64,000 bases of DNA from Octopus vulgaris. Taxonomy: Eukaryota. The notes beneath the pieces were generated by a model, which worked only from the letters and a program-made list of their open reading frames with translations, searched no databases and was not told the DNA's origin. The DNA lies in assembly GCA_951406725.2 (NCBI GenBank), contig OX597823.1, positions 92,628,001 through 92,692,000 on the forward strand, in the 5' to 3' direction. Shown here in pieces: positions 39,143 through 54,294 of this stretch (its first letter is position 1; each line of letters starts with the position of its first letter). Both the position numbers and the translations under genes were made by a program.

Positions 39143-39746
39143 CATATGCAGATTAGCATACACTAAAACACCCCCACATATATGCATACACATATGTATG
39201 TATATATATATATATATATAAATGTTAAATATATATAGATGCAGTCATATAGAGCTAGACGCACACACAAGCGTGCACACACATATATATTCATATTCAT
39301 AGCCGGTAAGTATACTCATATACAACGGCGTATATCTAAACGTACTAACACACAAGGTATGTTTCCATGCCTATTCAAAATTCGGAGGTGTGTGTGTGTA
39401 CCTTAGTATGTGTGTGTGTGCGTGCGTGCGTGTTTATATACAATTTATGCTTATTCCATTGTACTGGTATGTTTATTCCAGGAAATAAGGATTACGTAAC
39501 TTTAAAATTCTGTAGAATATTTTCACTGCAATACAAATCGATATTACTTCGCGAATGGTAATATTTTCTTTTATTCTTTCTTTGTCCACCACATCTAGAT
39601 TCTTCAGGCAATTCTCTTGTTACATAAACCTCTAAGCACATTTAACAATAATTATATCACATGCATTCAAGAGCTGTAAATTGCGCTTTATTTACCAGAG
39701 GAAGTTCGTGCAACTAAACAGAGAATGCACGTATACACGGGTAAGT

Positions 39747-39782
<36 letters not shown>

Positions 39783-39799
39783 CTTTTTATCAAATTATC

Positions 39800-40030
39800 A
39801 AAGGTACCTCCTGAGCCACAGGCTCATGCGGCTGGTCTTCCCAGTTCTGTGGCGTCTATATGATCTCCCATCTCAATCCCCGCACGAAACTCCAATTTCT
39901 CATTTTTGCTACTTGAATGTACTAGAGCAACCTCAAAATGAAGTGCTTTTCCTCGAGAGCACATGCGTCGCCCGATGCAACACTCAAACCACTTGATCGT
40001 GTGACAGTGCTGGTATTTGTGATCAAGTAG
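39800..40030 (-). mobile_element. SINE family C-related, alternative tail
   Basis: GAGCAACCTCAAAATGAAGTGCTTTCCTCGAGAGCAC body. Related to the plus-strand copies at 59655 and 60865. Confidence 0.5.
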
Positions 40031-41241
40031 TTCTCTATATATTAGACACGTGAGGATGTTTTTTGGCATGTCTCATAAATGAAATGGAGATAACCTCGAT
40101 AAATTTAGGAAATAAAAATTTCCTATATATTTGCTGCCAGTTAGACCTCAAAATTATTATTATAGCAGCTAATCCCTACAAATTTGATTTCTTGTTGATT
40201 CTTACAGATAAATGCCTGCTCTTATAAGCCCTATCATAAACTGAATGAGAAGCGTACATAAATACATAAACAGTCCTGTCACTCTCTATAATTTTAAAAA
40301 CCTTGTGGCCAGGATATCTAATCTCTGTTCTTCAATTGTCCTTTAGATGTAAGCCAACAAAGGTACTTCAAGGGCCTTCAAGACTTTCTAGAAACAGTAG
40401 CTACAGTGGAAAATGTAGCTTTGGGAATACAAATATATGCATGAACATTCATTTCATCGTATTTGTCACGTTCTATTGGAGTCGATCTCAAAAATAACAT
40501 CTCCAAGAACATCGTCTCCTCACATCATTGAACCCGGAACCATATGGTTCGGAAGCAAACTTGTTACTAAACAGCCACGCCTGCTCCCTCCTATACATGC
40601 ATTCATATATGCAAATCTAGTTATCCATCTCTTTGTGTCTGTGTGTACGTGCACACTCGCAGAGACACATACGCATGTACATACATACATACATACAAAC
40701 ATACATACATAAACACATATGCATATATACAGACATATATATATGTGTGTGTACAGACATGCGCGCATGCACCTTCTATACACATATTTATAATTTTTAC
40801 TATATTTTCTCCAAATTACACCTCCTCAATATGTAAATATTTAATGTCATTTTAATTTTAATTTAGGCCGAAATTACATTGCACATCGGTTTATCGACCT
40901 TGCAAATATCCTAAATTATAGAAATGCCCAACAAAAATACACAAAATACCTCTTCCCTATCTGGCGATTTATTAGTATTTCATCTCATTTTGTCCCTGTT
41001 TGTATTTTCTCTGCGTTAAGGATTGAAGTAGTTTGGAGTTTAGAACATCATTAATTTGTGTGTTGTTTTTGTAATTAAATTTAATTAAATTTATTAACAG
41101 ATGCATTTGCAATTTCAAAATATTTGATATTTCATGCCTTCTTGGGATTTGCGAGAGGAAATTAGAAATTTACAAGCAAAGTAAAAGGAAATAATATTCG
41201 AAAATGACTTTTGCGTTTGGGATTACTCCTGCAATAAATGT

Positions 41242-41319
<78 letters not shown>

Positions 41320-41435
41320 GTGATAAATAAAAATATATGCATACATACAAACATATATGTACGTACCTACATCTACACGTATATATACATGCATATATAA
41401 ATAATTATACATATATATATATGTATGTATGCATG

Positions 41436-41466
<31 letters not shown>

Positions 41467-41488
41467 ATATATATATATGTATATATAT

Positions 41489-41526
<38 letters not shown>

Positions 41527-41628
41527 TATATATTAAATACATGTATGCGTTATGCTTTCATACATATGCATATATATATAATATACATGCAGGATTTATA
41601 CATTCATGCATACATACATACATACATA

Positions 41629-41690
<62 letters not shown>

Positions 41691-41869
41691 TATATACATA
41701 CACGCCCAGGTATATATACATAAATATAAAAATATATATATATATATATATGCGTATGTGTTTATTTGTAGTATGAATATATATATATACATTATCTACC
41801 TACAGAAATTAATGAAAATGTAAGCCTAACCTTTTTACTGACTGAGACAGACGGTTCACATTTCATATT

Positions 41870-42300
41870 GGCAGTGCAATTCTACTTTTATATTATGTTC
41901 CTATCAAACTGTCTCTCCTCTAAAAGCGATACGTTTTCACCGTTTTTCCCCAACTCTGATCCTCATTAAAAAAACAAATCTTTTACGTCCAATTTACCTT
42001 GTTCGTGTCGTGAAATTATTGTCCCTAAAGACTGTGCACCATTGAAGCGAACGGGTCCAAAAGTGATGGCATTATGGTAAATGCAGCACTAATCATCACC
42101 CCCAGTCTCCCGATTCGTTGAGAATGATGTGGGTAGTTGTACATGGTCGTGAATGTAGACATGTTGCAGATGCTTGTTCTGTCTCTTCGTAATAAAGCAT
42201 TTCGTTGTTTATGATAGCGCTGCATTCCAGAAGATCGAGAATGAAGCCCTTATCGTCCCCACCACACACACGTCACAAAATAGCAGTTAGCATTACCTTA
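41870..42300 (-). mobile_element. Possible Tc1/mariner-superfamily transposase remnant
   Basis: Minus translation GVMISAAFTIMPSLLDPF resembles the VMVWAA...GPF motif. Confidence 0.35.
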
Positions 42301-42429
42301 TATACCGAAATTTGCTTCATGAATTTCTTAGGCCTCGTAATGGAGGTCATTCCGGGTGCTAAGCCTTCGCTTCTGGGCCATAAAGAGGTTATAACTGGGC
42401 ACTGAAACAACAGTTCAACCATTCAAAAG

Positions 42430-43820
42430 TGGAAGTTTAATATTTCGACTTTTGCCAAGGCCTTCAACAAAGTTCATTCCAGGGTCACCAACTAAGTGAC
42501 ATTCGTGTTGCTGCAAAATTAGGAAAATGGATGCATGGCTTTTTATAAAGCAGCAGTCAATGGTGGTATATCTGCGGAGGGATCAATTTTGAGCAGAGTC
42601 CCAGTTTCTGGTGACTCTCTCAGGTTCTCCCAACTATACAGTCAAGATGGCTCACAATCTATGTCAATGATAGAGAATTATTACAGGCGGTCAGAAAGAT
42701 TTGAGTGCAATATCCAAGTGAACTAATGAAAATAACAAGCAGTTCAATGCTGAGAAGTTTTAATCACTGCACTCTCGACCCACAGACAGACTACAATCGG
42801 AATTCATAGAACCATGGGATTGGGCAATTCCAGGATCAGTGTGTGACCTGGGAATCCATATCAGAAACGATGCAACGTCCCATGTGCTTATTGTCAAGAT
42901 TACCTCTCTACAGGCGAGAAGGTGGATGGATTCTGAGAATATATAAAAGCATAAACAAGGACATACCATGCCGCTTTTATGGAGAAGTTTCGCCCTCAGC
43001 CGTCTGGATTATTGTTCCCAACTGCAGAGCGTCATAATGGTGATGGAATTTGAGGCAATCCGGCACTACTACACAAAAAGACTAACTCGGTGAAACGGAA
43101 GAGCTGCAGGGAGAGGCTTAGGGAACTAAACTTCTGCTCCTTGAAAGGAAGATGCAAAAGCTAAGCAATGATATACATATCGAGGATTGTCGAATGTCTT
43201 GCTCCCAACTTTGAAAACGAAAGATATAACAACCACCGAAACGGACGGCACTGTATAGTAACACAAACCACGTTTTCTCCATCTAGAATAAAGACCCAGT
43301 TATGTAACAGATTTGATTTCAAGGGTCCACAACTATTCACACACTCTGCCAAACAATCTCTAAGATCTGTGAGGGGCAGATGTAGAGATTGTCAAAGAAC
43401 GTCTGGACAAACTTTTATGCGAAATAACACATGAAGCGGTATTGCATCAATAAGGCGGCGAGCTGGCAGAAACGTTAGCACGCCGGGCGAAATGCTTAAC
43501 GGTATTTCACTTGTCGTTACGTTGTGAGTTCAAATTCCGCCGAGGTTGACTTTGCCTTTCATCCTTTCGGGGTCGATAAATTAAGTACCAGTTACGCACT
43601 GGGGTCGATGTAATCGACTTAATACCTATGTCTTTCCTTGTTTGTCCCCTCTATGTTTAGCCCCTTGTGGGTAATAAAGAAATAGGTATTGCATCAATGG
43701 ATACAAAGAGGAGGAACTCCACTCAATTCGCTATTTCACCAGAAACAGCAAAGTAGAAGGACCCGAACACGCTGAATGGCAGCAGTGCTGCAGCATTCAC
43801 TCAGCCTCAGGCCGCAACAT
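42430..43820 (+). mobile_element. CR1/L2-group LINE RT-to-3' fragment, pseudogenised and split by a SINE
   Basis: Frameshifted motifs: YFDF-AKAFNKV, VNGGIS...SRVP, QFNAEKF, DLGIHI, RLDYCSQL, RERLRELNFCSL. Confidence 0.75.
43454..43684 (+). mobile_element. SINE family B, full length, with 14-bp TSD
   Basis: GGCGGCGAGCTGGCAG...AAAGAAATA. TSD GGTATTGCATCAAT at 43438-43451 and 43685-43698. Confidence 0.95.
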
Positions 43821-44084
43821 ATCTGTCTCATCTAAGTTATGTATATGCTTGTGTATGTTTAATATATATTCTTATACGTGATGTATTTATATATTTATAT
43901 ATATACATAGGCTTCTTCGTTTTGAATCCAAAAGACTTTTACATCGATGGGATTAAAAAGCTTGTAAATAGCTGGAAGTCATAGATAATCAGGGAAAGTT
44001 CATTGATTATTAAATTTCAATTAAATACATTTGATCACTTGTTTTCTTTATTCAAAATTCGAACAGAACTGATGGACAGAACAT

Positions 44085-44585
<501 letters not shown>

Positions 44586-45337
44586 ATTATATAAACAAAT
44601 ATCTATATACATTTTGAGGGTACAGATGGATACGTACGGCACACACATACACACACATACCTATCTATTATAACTGCATCACAATTATTCACAATAATTT
44701 TATTCACCTTTTTCAATGCAGATCCTGTCTAAGCTACAAGAGCATAAAACAGTATATTGCGCATGCAGACTACAGCACAAACACCACAGTTCCACTAAAT
44801 CTATATGATTTGCTGTTCTATCTGAATGAGAAATGCACTTCAGGCTAACAATTTTCACTGCTACATGGAATGATAATCGCTAAATAAGAATTGTTTCTTT
44901 GAATTAAATTGCTAATCTCATAATCAAGGGAGCGGCAGAGAAATTCTTACCGAGAGTGGTATATTGTTAAGAGTTATGTTCATTAACCAACATGTTGAGA
45001 CGTCGGAACAGAGCAATTAAGCTTGTGATAAACGTGAACAACTTATTTGTATATGCATAAATTTCCCTGGAAACTATACCGGGAATAATAATGCAAATGT
45101 ATTGTGAAGGTGTACACTTAATCGCAAGGACACAGAGACAAACTTGTCAATTATTTTACGTAATACTGGTGGAAAGTAAATGGAATTAATGCGAGTAGGA
45201 TTTGGAATATAAGCGAGAAGGAAGATTGCTTATATTACGAAATAAATAGTTTTATTCTCTACTTCCATAACTGTTTATTTACAGTTTGACTTCATTTGAC
45301 TAAATCTTGAAAAACCACCATTACGCACGTGCATTTA

Positions 45338-45770
45338 ATCTTTTATTCGTTTATTTGCTTCAGTCCTTTGACTGCAGCCATGCTGGAGCAACGAGTTGAA
45401 GGGTTTTATTCGAATAAATCGACATGAAGAATTATTCTTTAAAGCCTAGTACTTATCTTTTCGGTGTATTTTGCCGAACTCCTATGTTACGGGGATGCAA
45501 ACACACTAGTACCGGTTGTCAAGCAATGATAGAGGACAAACGCAAGCACAAACAAACATGTACATACATACATACACACACATATATGTATATTGCATAT
45601 ACATATACGACGGTATTCTTTCAGTTTCCTCTACCAAATCCTCTCAGAAGGCTTCGGTCCGCCCGAGGCTATGGTAGAAGACACTTGCCTAAGCTATCCG
45701 GAAGTGGGACTGAACTCGCAACCATGTGGCTGGGGAGCAAGCTGCTAACCACAAGGTTACACCTGCACTT
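45338..45770 (-). mobile_element. SINE family A
   Basis: CCCGAGGCTATGGTAGAAGACACTTGCC...GGGACTGAACTC...AACCATGTGG. Confidence 0.85.
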
Positions 45771-46011
45771 ATGTAGATTTATCAGTATATATGCATGCAT
45801 ATATACACATAAATGATAGAAAATAGAATAAGCGACATTCTTCATTTAAAATGGCTACAAATGTTTCGACGAATTTTTGCAACTTTACTACGTTGACAAT
45901 ACGTATCCAAAAATAGGAGCATTCTCAGTGTAGGATGACATCAAGTAACCAATGATTGGGGAAGAAATTCTCAAAGTACTCTACAAAATTTAACCGAATC
46001 TTATTTCAGTA

Positions 46012-46072
<61 letters not shown>

Positions 46073-46469
46073 CCAACAACAATTAAAAGGTTGCAAGATG
46101 CAACGATAATTTTAGAAAAGTAAATATATAAATGAGAGGAAATTATACCGGTGAGTGTGTTAAATTAAATGGCACTAAGAGAGAATGACTCTCCCCAGAC
46201 ATAACAAAATATGCTTCAACACACAAACTCACATAAAGAATCTTCGAAACCAAATCCAAAAACGTTTGTGTGAATGTTTGTATGCGTGCGTGTGTGTGTG
46301 CACATATGTACATACATATACATATATGTATAGAACGGTGACACTGCTCGTGCTCGGATTTGGTTTATCCGTTCCCTTAATGATGCTTAAATCTGACGCG
46401 ACTCGGAAGGCGAAGACGGGAATGGAACAGTCTCGTGCTATAATTGCATGGCAGGGTGGGTCGTATTAT

Positions 46470-47130
46470 TGATGAGAATTGACTTCTTTTTACTTCTTCA
46501 TGTTTTCTCCTCTCCTTGAAATGAATTCCTGTTCGCCAGGTTGGACGGTCAGCGGCATCTGTTTCCCAGGTGTTAGGGCGGCGAGCTGGCAGAATCGTTA
46601 GCACGTCGGGCGAAATGCTTAGCGGTATTTCGGCTGCCGTTACGTTGTGAGTTCAAATTCTGCCGAGGTCGACTTTGCCTTTCATCCTTTCGGGGTCGAT
46701 AAAATTAAGTACCAGTTAAGCAGTGGGGTCGATATAATCGACTTAATACCTATGTCTGTCCATGTTTGTCCCCTCTATGTTTAGCCCATTGTGGGTAATA
46801 AAGAAATAGGTGTTAGGGATGATTCTGGCTTGAAGGCGGGAAGACTTCAGTTACACTTTGAATCTGCGTTTTGGGTTTCCTCGATGCCGTTTGCTGCTCA
46901 CGAGCTTCCTGTTTCAGGATTGTCTGCAGGTGTTGTGGAGTGGTCATTCAGATGTCATGTTCTCCCCAGCCGAGGTGATACTTGAGGAGGGCAGCATCAA
47001 TGCCCAACATCTTAGATCGATTGAGGATTTTGTGGAACGTCGGTTTTTCGTTCGATGGTTTTGCCTTTTGATATGGAGGATGCACCGAAGTTTGGCTTCT
47101 TGGAAATGCTCAAACTTTTTCGATAGAGGA
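46470..47130 (-). mobile_element. RTE (BovB-like) LINE 3' fragment, split by a SINE
   Basis: Minus translation EHFQEAKLRCILHI...RHRGNPKRRFK...IPNTWETDAADRPTWRTGI, which is typical of the RTE C-terminus. Confidence 0.8.
46577..46807 (+). mobile_element. SINE family B, full length, with TSD
   Basis: TSD AGGTGTTAGGG at 46568-46578 and 46808-46818. Confidence 0.95.
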
Positions 47131-47217
47131 TCCATGTCTAGCAAGCGTGTATTCATCAACCATAGGCTCATCTTTCCTACCAAAATCCATGGTGCTCCAT
47201 CCTGTTGTCACTTCCAC

Positions 47218-47267
<50 letters not shown>

Positions 47268-47321
47268 ATATATATATTTATATATCCCCTGACCAGGACT
47301 CTTATTCTACGTTGGCAAATA

Positions 47322-47356
<35 letters not shown>

Positions 47357-47461
47357 TAGAGAGAGAGAGAGAGAGAGAGATAGATAGATATATGTATGTA
47401 TGTATATGTATTTGTATATATATATATGCTTACATACATATTCATATACATACATATTCGT

Positions 47462-48130
47462 ATACAAGTGAGTGTCAAAATTTATATTCACTTGTTTTTT
47501 CAAAGTATTTATACAAAAGCAGGGATTTTCTATATAGTCATTTTTCTATATAGTCTCCTTCCTTTTCGAGGTACTTGGTCCAGCGGTCCACAAGCTTGCG
47601 TATTCCCTCCTAAGAAGAAGGTTTTCGGTTGGTCGTGCAACCATTTATGCACCGCTTCCTTCACATCTTCATCCGTAAGAAATCGACGACGTCGTAAAGC
47701 ATTTTTGAGCGGTCGAAAGATATGATAAACGGGGTGAGATTTGGAGTGAACGCAGGATGTTCCAGCACCTCAAAACCGAATCAGTTATTCGTTTCAACAG
47801 TCTGGGCGGCCGTCTGTGTGTGTGCACTGTCATGCAACAGCAAAGCATTTTTCGACCGCAAACTTCGGCGTTTGGTACGAATTGCTGGCTTCAGTTTATT
47901 GGCCAGAAAAGAATTAATCTTTGCACTGATGATCGTGCATCCCTTTTCGAGATAGTATTCCAATATAAGCCTTTTTGAGTCCCCAAGATGGGCTCGCATT
48001 ACCCTTCCCAGGGAAGGCTGAGCCTTAAATTTCTCCGTCGCTGGCGAGCCAGAATGTTTCCCCTCCATAATCGGTATTTTAGATTCTGCCACATAGTGAT
48101 GAATTCACGTTCCATCTCCTGTGACTGCTG
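47462..48130 (-). mobile_element. Mariner (DD34D-type) transposase pseudogene, catalytic region
   Basis: Minus translation VTGDGT...KFKAQPSLGRVM...LLLHDSAHTQTA...LEHPAFTPNLTP...PLKNALRRRRF...VKEAVHKWL. TIR-like TACAAGTGAGTGTCAAAA at 47463. Confidence 0.9.
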
Positions 48131-48514
48131 TTTTTCTTTTGTTTTTTCTTTGGTGCACACTGCTAGCGGAGCGGCCATGCTTACACTGTAATGCCAGAGA
48201 GAAAATTGGCGCGATCAGGCTCAACCTTCGATCAGTAACAACAATATTAGCAGTAAATGTCGAACGACGAGAATGAGTGCTCAAAACCATATTAGTGCAC
48301 AGAATCTCTTTATTAGTGTGTGAAAGCTACCATTGGTTTCTTGTTAAGAAAAATATTTTAATACCTTAACAAATTTTCACGCTTATCACAAGAAGGACTG
48401 GTGCTTGTCTCCTTTTCGGATGAAAACATGAAGTCTCGAGAATTTGCAGAAAGTCTCGTTAAGAAAACGATAAACCAAGAGTTACTACCCTTGGATATGT
48501 GTATCCGACTATGT

Positions 48515-48850
48515 ATTCTTTTATGATTTCAATTGCTTCCGTCATTAGATTGAAGAATTTTAGTAGAATAAAATGACATCATTACTTCTCTAAATTTTTA
48601 ACCCAATAACTTATTCTGCTGATCTTTTCCGAATCAGTAGGATACGTGGACGTAAACAGTGACACCGGTTGCCAGTAGGTAGCGGATAAACACACACACA
48701 GGTACGAATGCCACCTCTCAGCTGCGGTCTACGATATCTGTCCACAAAGTATTGGTCAGCCTCGGGCTATACTAGAAGACATTTGGTGAAGCTGCCACGC
48801 AATGGTATTGAACTCGGAACCATATGGTCTGGAACCATGCTTCTTACGAT
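48515..48850 (-). mobile_element. SINE family A, degraded
   Basis: GGCTATACTAGAAGACATTTG...TTGAACTCGGAACCATATGG. Confidence 0.65.
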
Positions 48851-49051
48851 GCTGACTCTCGGCTCTTGATTCACTCTGTAGCTTCTATCAAATATTAGTG
48901 ATAATAATACATGTACTTAAGTTCTATATGTATATATGCGTTTGTTTGTGTGTGTATATATATTTATATGTATGTATGCGTTTGTGTGTGTGTGTATGTA
49001 CGCCTATATGTATCTATGTATATATGCATATATAAATAAATATACATATGC

Positions 49052-49082
<31 letters not shown>

Positions 49083-49160
49083 TATTAATATATAAATCTA
49101 CACATATATGTATAATATATGTGGGTACTTATGTAAATATATACATACACACACACACAC

Positions 49161-49213
<53 letters not shown>

Positions 49214-49749
49214 CATACCTATACATACACTCTCACACACACCCATATGTATATATAAAGATATAACGTGTCAAAGTGTTAGTAGCCTGGGGGGATTCAT
49301 TCGTTGAAATTGTGTTAACAAAACCAATGGGAGAAGTTTTTTTGATTTATTTCAGCTGCACAACTTTTTCTTTTGATTCTTTTTGCTAAACTTTAAAATA
49401 AATGTAGTTCTTGAAACTAAACTGAAGTTTCTAGAGCTTTCATGTTATCTGTAGGGAGGCCGACATTCAAAATCATTAAAACAGATATATATCACATAAA
49501 TTACATACGCAAATAGAACATAAATAAATGAAACCACTTTTTTTCCATTTGGCACAAGACCATACGCTGTGGTGGTGGTGGTGGTGGTTAGATACTGTTT
49601 TATAGACAGAAGTGGAGAAGTAGCGCGTATAAATAATACAACTGACCTATCGAAGATTTACTTAAACCAATCAATTGGGATGGCTCCTTACACTAAATGC
49701 TTCGAGGTGTTATCCACGTCTCTCATCTAATCTATTTATCCGCCAGACT

Positions 49750-49788
49750 AATAATAATAACAACAATAATAATAACAACAATAATAAT

Positions 49789-49867
<79 letters not shown>

Positions 49868-49873
49868 ATAATT
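49750..49873. repeat. (AAT)n microsatellite
   Basis: Seen directly. Confidence 0.95.
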
Positions 49874-50000
49874 AAAGGGAGGTTATGCAGTTGTGGTCGA
49901 TACAAAAGGTGTTAGTAGTACTAATAATTGTCGGAGCCCTGGTAACAGTGAGCAAAAATATGGAGATGTACAGGGAACAAATAGGAGCTGCAATGTTATG
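49874..50000 (+). mobile_element. R4/Dong-like RLE fragment
   Basis: Translation KREVMQLWSIQKVLVVLIIVGALVTVSKNME...IG, starting directly after (AAT)n. Confidence 0.7.
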
Positions 50001-50699
50001 TAGAGTATTGTCTTCACAACTCTTTATCCGGAACTTCTGTTACCCTAGACTAACTGCTGGCTGACTGTTTTACGTGGGCACGTCTTTTCTTTTATCTGTA
50101 TCACAGAAATGAGATAAATTGCTCAAAGAAAAATATGAAATTCATTTATTGAAGTAAATATCTCTCAGCGGAAATTATAAATTAAAATATATAATAATGT
50201 CACAAAGTTGAAGGAAAATTTGGGTAAACAATTTTGGTAAAGTATATACTTACCGTTTATAGAAGTTAAAACTATCAAAATCTTCAACATAAACAAGTCA
50301 CAGCATGCTTTTGAAAAATACGTTTAGTAACAACGCCAAAAAAAAAAGATATTCCAAAAGGCAACATCAGAAATGCAAGTCATAATTATACAAGTGAAAA
50401 TGCAATGCTAATAAAATTAAAGATGGCTGCAAGCGCAAACAGCAACACTACAGGAATAAACTACAGAAATATGGAAGGAATTAAATGACATAAAAATCAG
50501 AAAATCGAGTAATCCGAAAACCAGCAGTAAAAGTGTTTATAACATAATTAGCTGCACGAGACTCTAGAATCACCGACAGCAAATAAATGTTGAAATAACA
50601 CGGAAAGGAACACACAGGCAACACACAGGCATTAAACATATTTCCTTTTCTAAAAATAGTCGCAAATGCAAAACAGCAATAGAAGATATAAAGGCGCCG

Positions 50700-51170
50700 A
50701 TAAACGACCCTTTTCAAAATAACCACAATTTCCTCCAAGAAGGTAAGAAAATTAGGGAAATGCAGTCGTTCTTCTCTACCACAATGTTAAACGATCATTA
50801 CGATCATGGCTTGCAAGTATTGACTGAAGCTCCATTGATCTGAGTTACACAGGAAAAATAATCCCGCCTAAAAGATATTTTACTAGTCTCTCTTGATTTT
50901 GCGAAAAGCCAGAAAGACTGAGTAAAACTAAATGGCGTCGTGATCTCACTAAATAATTAAAACTATAAAAGACCAATATAACTTGTTAGTGCTGTTGCAA
51001 ATATCAATATTTGAAACAGTATTAACAGAATACAATAAAAAGGAAAGTAGGCTAAAATATAACAGTTCAATAAAACCAAGAAAAACCATTCATACTAGTA
51101 TTAAACAAAGACACCAGTGTTCTCTGTTCGATATGGTTTATCAACGATATTGCCAGTTCACATATCCATT
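50700..51170 (+). mobile_element. Decayed non-LTR RT fragment (possibly L1/Tx1)
   Basis: ILLVSLDFAK followed by ...IKQRHQCS, a weak match to GIKQGCPLS. Confidence 0.4.
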
Positions 51171-51199
51171 GTAGGACTTGTAATATAGTTCGGACAGCT

Positions 51200-51780
51200 A
51201 CACAGAAATAGTTTGTTTACTGTTCTCAGCTGTGGTTGCCGTAGGGTGTAGAGTGGTGGCTGAATTTGAGGTGATTCTGTGCCACTATGCAGGGAAAATT
51301 GATGCGATGCAAAAGAATAGCAACCGGTAGAAGCTAAAGTAATTGAAGCTCATCTCTCTAGAGAGAAGGTGCAAAAGATATGCAGTGATACACATATTGA
51401 AGATTTTCGGATGTATTTCTCATAATTATCAAATTGAAAGCTATAACAACCACCGACCTGGACGGAACTGCATAGTAACAAAGATCGCGTCCTCTCCATC
51501 TAGAATAAAGATCCTGCATTGTAACAGATTATGTTTCAAGGGATCATATCTATTCAGCACTCTGCCAAACAATCTCAGTGATCAGCAATTTGTAGATGCG
51601 GAGGTTGTCAAAGAACGCCTCGAAAATTTTTATATATGAGATACCAGATGAAAATCCTCGTGGCAGGAGGCACAACCAAGAGCAAATCCGTCCATCTCGC
51701 TATCTCACCAGAGAGAGTAAAAAAGAAGGACCCAACCACACTGAAAGGCGGTGTTGTGGTTAAAACCAGTGACAGATATA
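51200..51780 (+). mobile_element. CR1/L2-group LINE 3' fragment, paralogous to 43000-43820
   Basis: LKLISLERRCKRYAVIHILKI. Shares the DNA segments TATAACAACCACCGA..GGACGG and CTCCATCTAGAATAAAGA with 43225-43295. Confidence 0.8.
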
Positions 51781-52078
51781 ACACAAAAGATTCTCGGTTC
51801 ATATTTCAATTTTGGTTATTATCCAAAATGACCAATATTTTGCTGCCTTAAACAAATTCTCCGTTTAGGGATCTTTTGTTGATAACTGATGTTTCTGCTT
51901 CCATTTCCTAACCTTTAAGTTTTTTCATATTTAATATGTTTTCTATATGCTATTGTTTCCTATAGGCTTCCCTATAATTTAAAATTATTACTTCTAAACA
52001 CACCCACATTGATCTAAAATCGATTATCACCCTTACAATAACTGGCCACCAGGGGACAGCAGTTGCTTGTAGTGAATA

Positions 52079-52580
52079 CTAGCTGAAATACCCTTCGTTG
52101 ACTGGATTTAGAAGGAGTTTTCAAAAATTATACCCTGATTTATAAGAGTTAGTGCTTCGATACTATTGGAATGTCTTGTAGCGGAATATCCGCAAGCTCT
52201 TATTGCCAGGTTTCAGCCCAAAAATGTATAATATTTTATTAATGGGTCTAGTGATCTTCAGTCTCTTCTACTCTTTCTCTTTTCCTACGCTGAGACTGCT
52301 TATCTAATTTTGTGAGGCATTGTAGGGGGACGTATCTCATGTTAGCAAACTTACGGATTTCACCGACGTAAAAATTGGTAAAAGTTATGGTTGAAAACCT
52401 ATTTTTACCGCTATCCTGGGGTGCCACGGGAAAACTAATTTGAAAAAAGCACAGCGATGATCGTGACCAATGTCCTCCTAAAATTGGAGCGACATGCGTG
52501 CTAATTTGTGGATGTGCATAAAGTACATTCACGTACACACACAGACACAGACACAGACACATCCTGCCTTTTATAGCTAT
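52079..52580 (-). mobile_element. Non-autonomous Helitron-like element
   Basis: Minus 5' end TATAAAAGGCAGGATGTGTCTGTG. The 3' end CAACGAAGGGTATTTCAGCTAG|T resembles the terminus of the element at 1-515. Confidence 0.55.
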
Positions 52581-52629
52581 ACATTTAGGTCATAAAATTA
52601 ACATTCATCAAAGTTCTATATTTTACGTT

Positions 52630-53080
52630 TTATCTTTTACTCGCTTCTGTCACTAGACTGCGGCCATACTGGGGCAGAGTCTTGAAGAAATTTGACAGGA
52701 TGAATCGACTCCAGTACTTAACTGTTTTAAACCTGGTACTTATTTTATCTACAGTTTTTACCCGAACTATTTTATGAGGACGTAAAGATATCAACACCGG
52801 TTGTCAGTTCGTGTTGTCAAATAAACTTGGAAGCTATTAAATTAGATGATAAATGAAACGTAAAAGAGAAAACGACACGTATTTATATATGTAAATATTA
52901 TATATATATATACATATATATGTGTGTATGTAGGTATGCATGTATATGTATATGTATAAACATATATAAGTACAGACACAAATACAATGCAATAATAGAA
53001 GGCACGTGTCCAGGCACCACGCTGTGGGACTGAACCTAGAACGATGTAGCTGGGGAGCAAACTTCTTACCACCAAGCCTC
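52630..53080 (-). mobile_element. SINE family A, degraded
   Basis: CCACGCTGTGGGACTGAACC...AGCAAACTTCTTACCAC head and GACTGCGGCCATACTGGGGCA tail. Confidence 0.7.
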
Positions 53081-54294
53081 GACTAGTTATACCTACGAAT
53101 CCTTTTCAGACGACCGCTTTTGGTGGTTTTACTCACCCCAGACACCAAGCCGTTATTTGTATTAGAGATGCGAAATTTATATTGGACCACAGAATGTTTA
53201 CTGGAATCTATTGGACTCTCTATGTATATTTTCAACAAAATGATGGGAAGAATACATGACATCATCTCATTATATTCATGTCAATGACACGCACTACCGG
53301 AATTCAGTAGAAAATATATTTGTGTTGAGTGTTCCTAATACCAAGTTATGAAATTACGTGTGAAATAAAATAAACTAAAACATAAAATTCAACGTTCAAC
53401 ATAGAACAGGAGATGGCTTCATATGCTTGCTTGATATCACGCGTTCTACTCAGAATGAGTTGATTTTTCGGTTCTTCAAGAGAGAAGCAAAACGAGATAT
53501 CATTATACGTCACATTCTTCACGCGGACAGCCACAGAGTAGTATCAACGAAAATTAAAATGGGAAAGAGAGAAAGAATACGAATGCAATACAGAAAGAGA
53601 GAGAGAGGGGGGGAAGAGATAGGGTGGGAAAACGGGAAGGAGAGAGAGAGAGGAAATGCAAAGAGACATACAGAAAGAGAGGAAGGGAAAGAAAAGCGCG
53701 ACGCGAAAAGCAAGAAGCAAATATGACAGAGTGTATCCATTACGATCTGCTATTTTACAAATCCCAAATGGAAGTTGGTTATGTCTACTTGTTACTAGAA
53801 CAGAGAGAGAGAGGCAGCGAGAGAGAGAGAGAGAAGGCATATATGTTTTACGCTTTTAAACCGAATTACACTTTTCCATATATTTCTATAATGTGTTAGC
53901 CTTATATTCTAGTTATCTGCCTGAACCTCTGTTCGTAAGTACAGACTTTCACATATAATTCATATTCACAACACAACACCAAGTCCCACGCAGACACGTG
54001 CACTGATACAAATATTGAGATAAAAAGGTTTATAAAATATATGAAATCTTAATAAACAAATACGTATTTTAAAGGTACAAATACAATATTATTTTATTAT
54101 ATAGCAACCTATTTATCATACTGATCAATACCTTATCGATATATCAATACTAAATAAATAACACTAACTCACAGAACGTATAATACAAAAGAATGCAAGC
54201 CACGCAAAATAGATACCAAAGTAGAAAAAAGGAATATAACTAAAATTATGGAGATATCGATGGTGATGAAACCGATAATAATAATAATAATAAT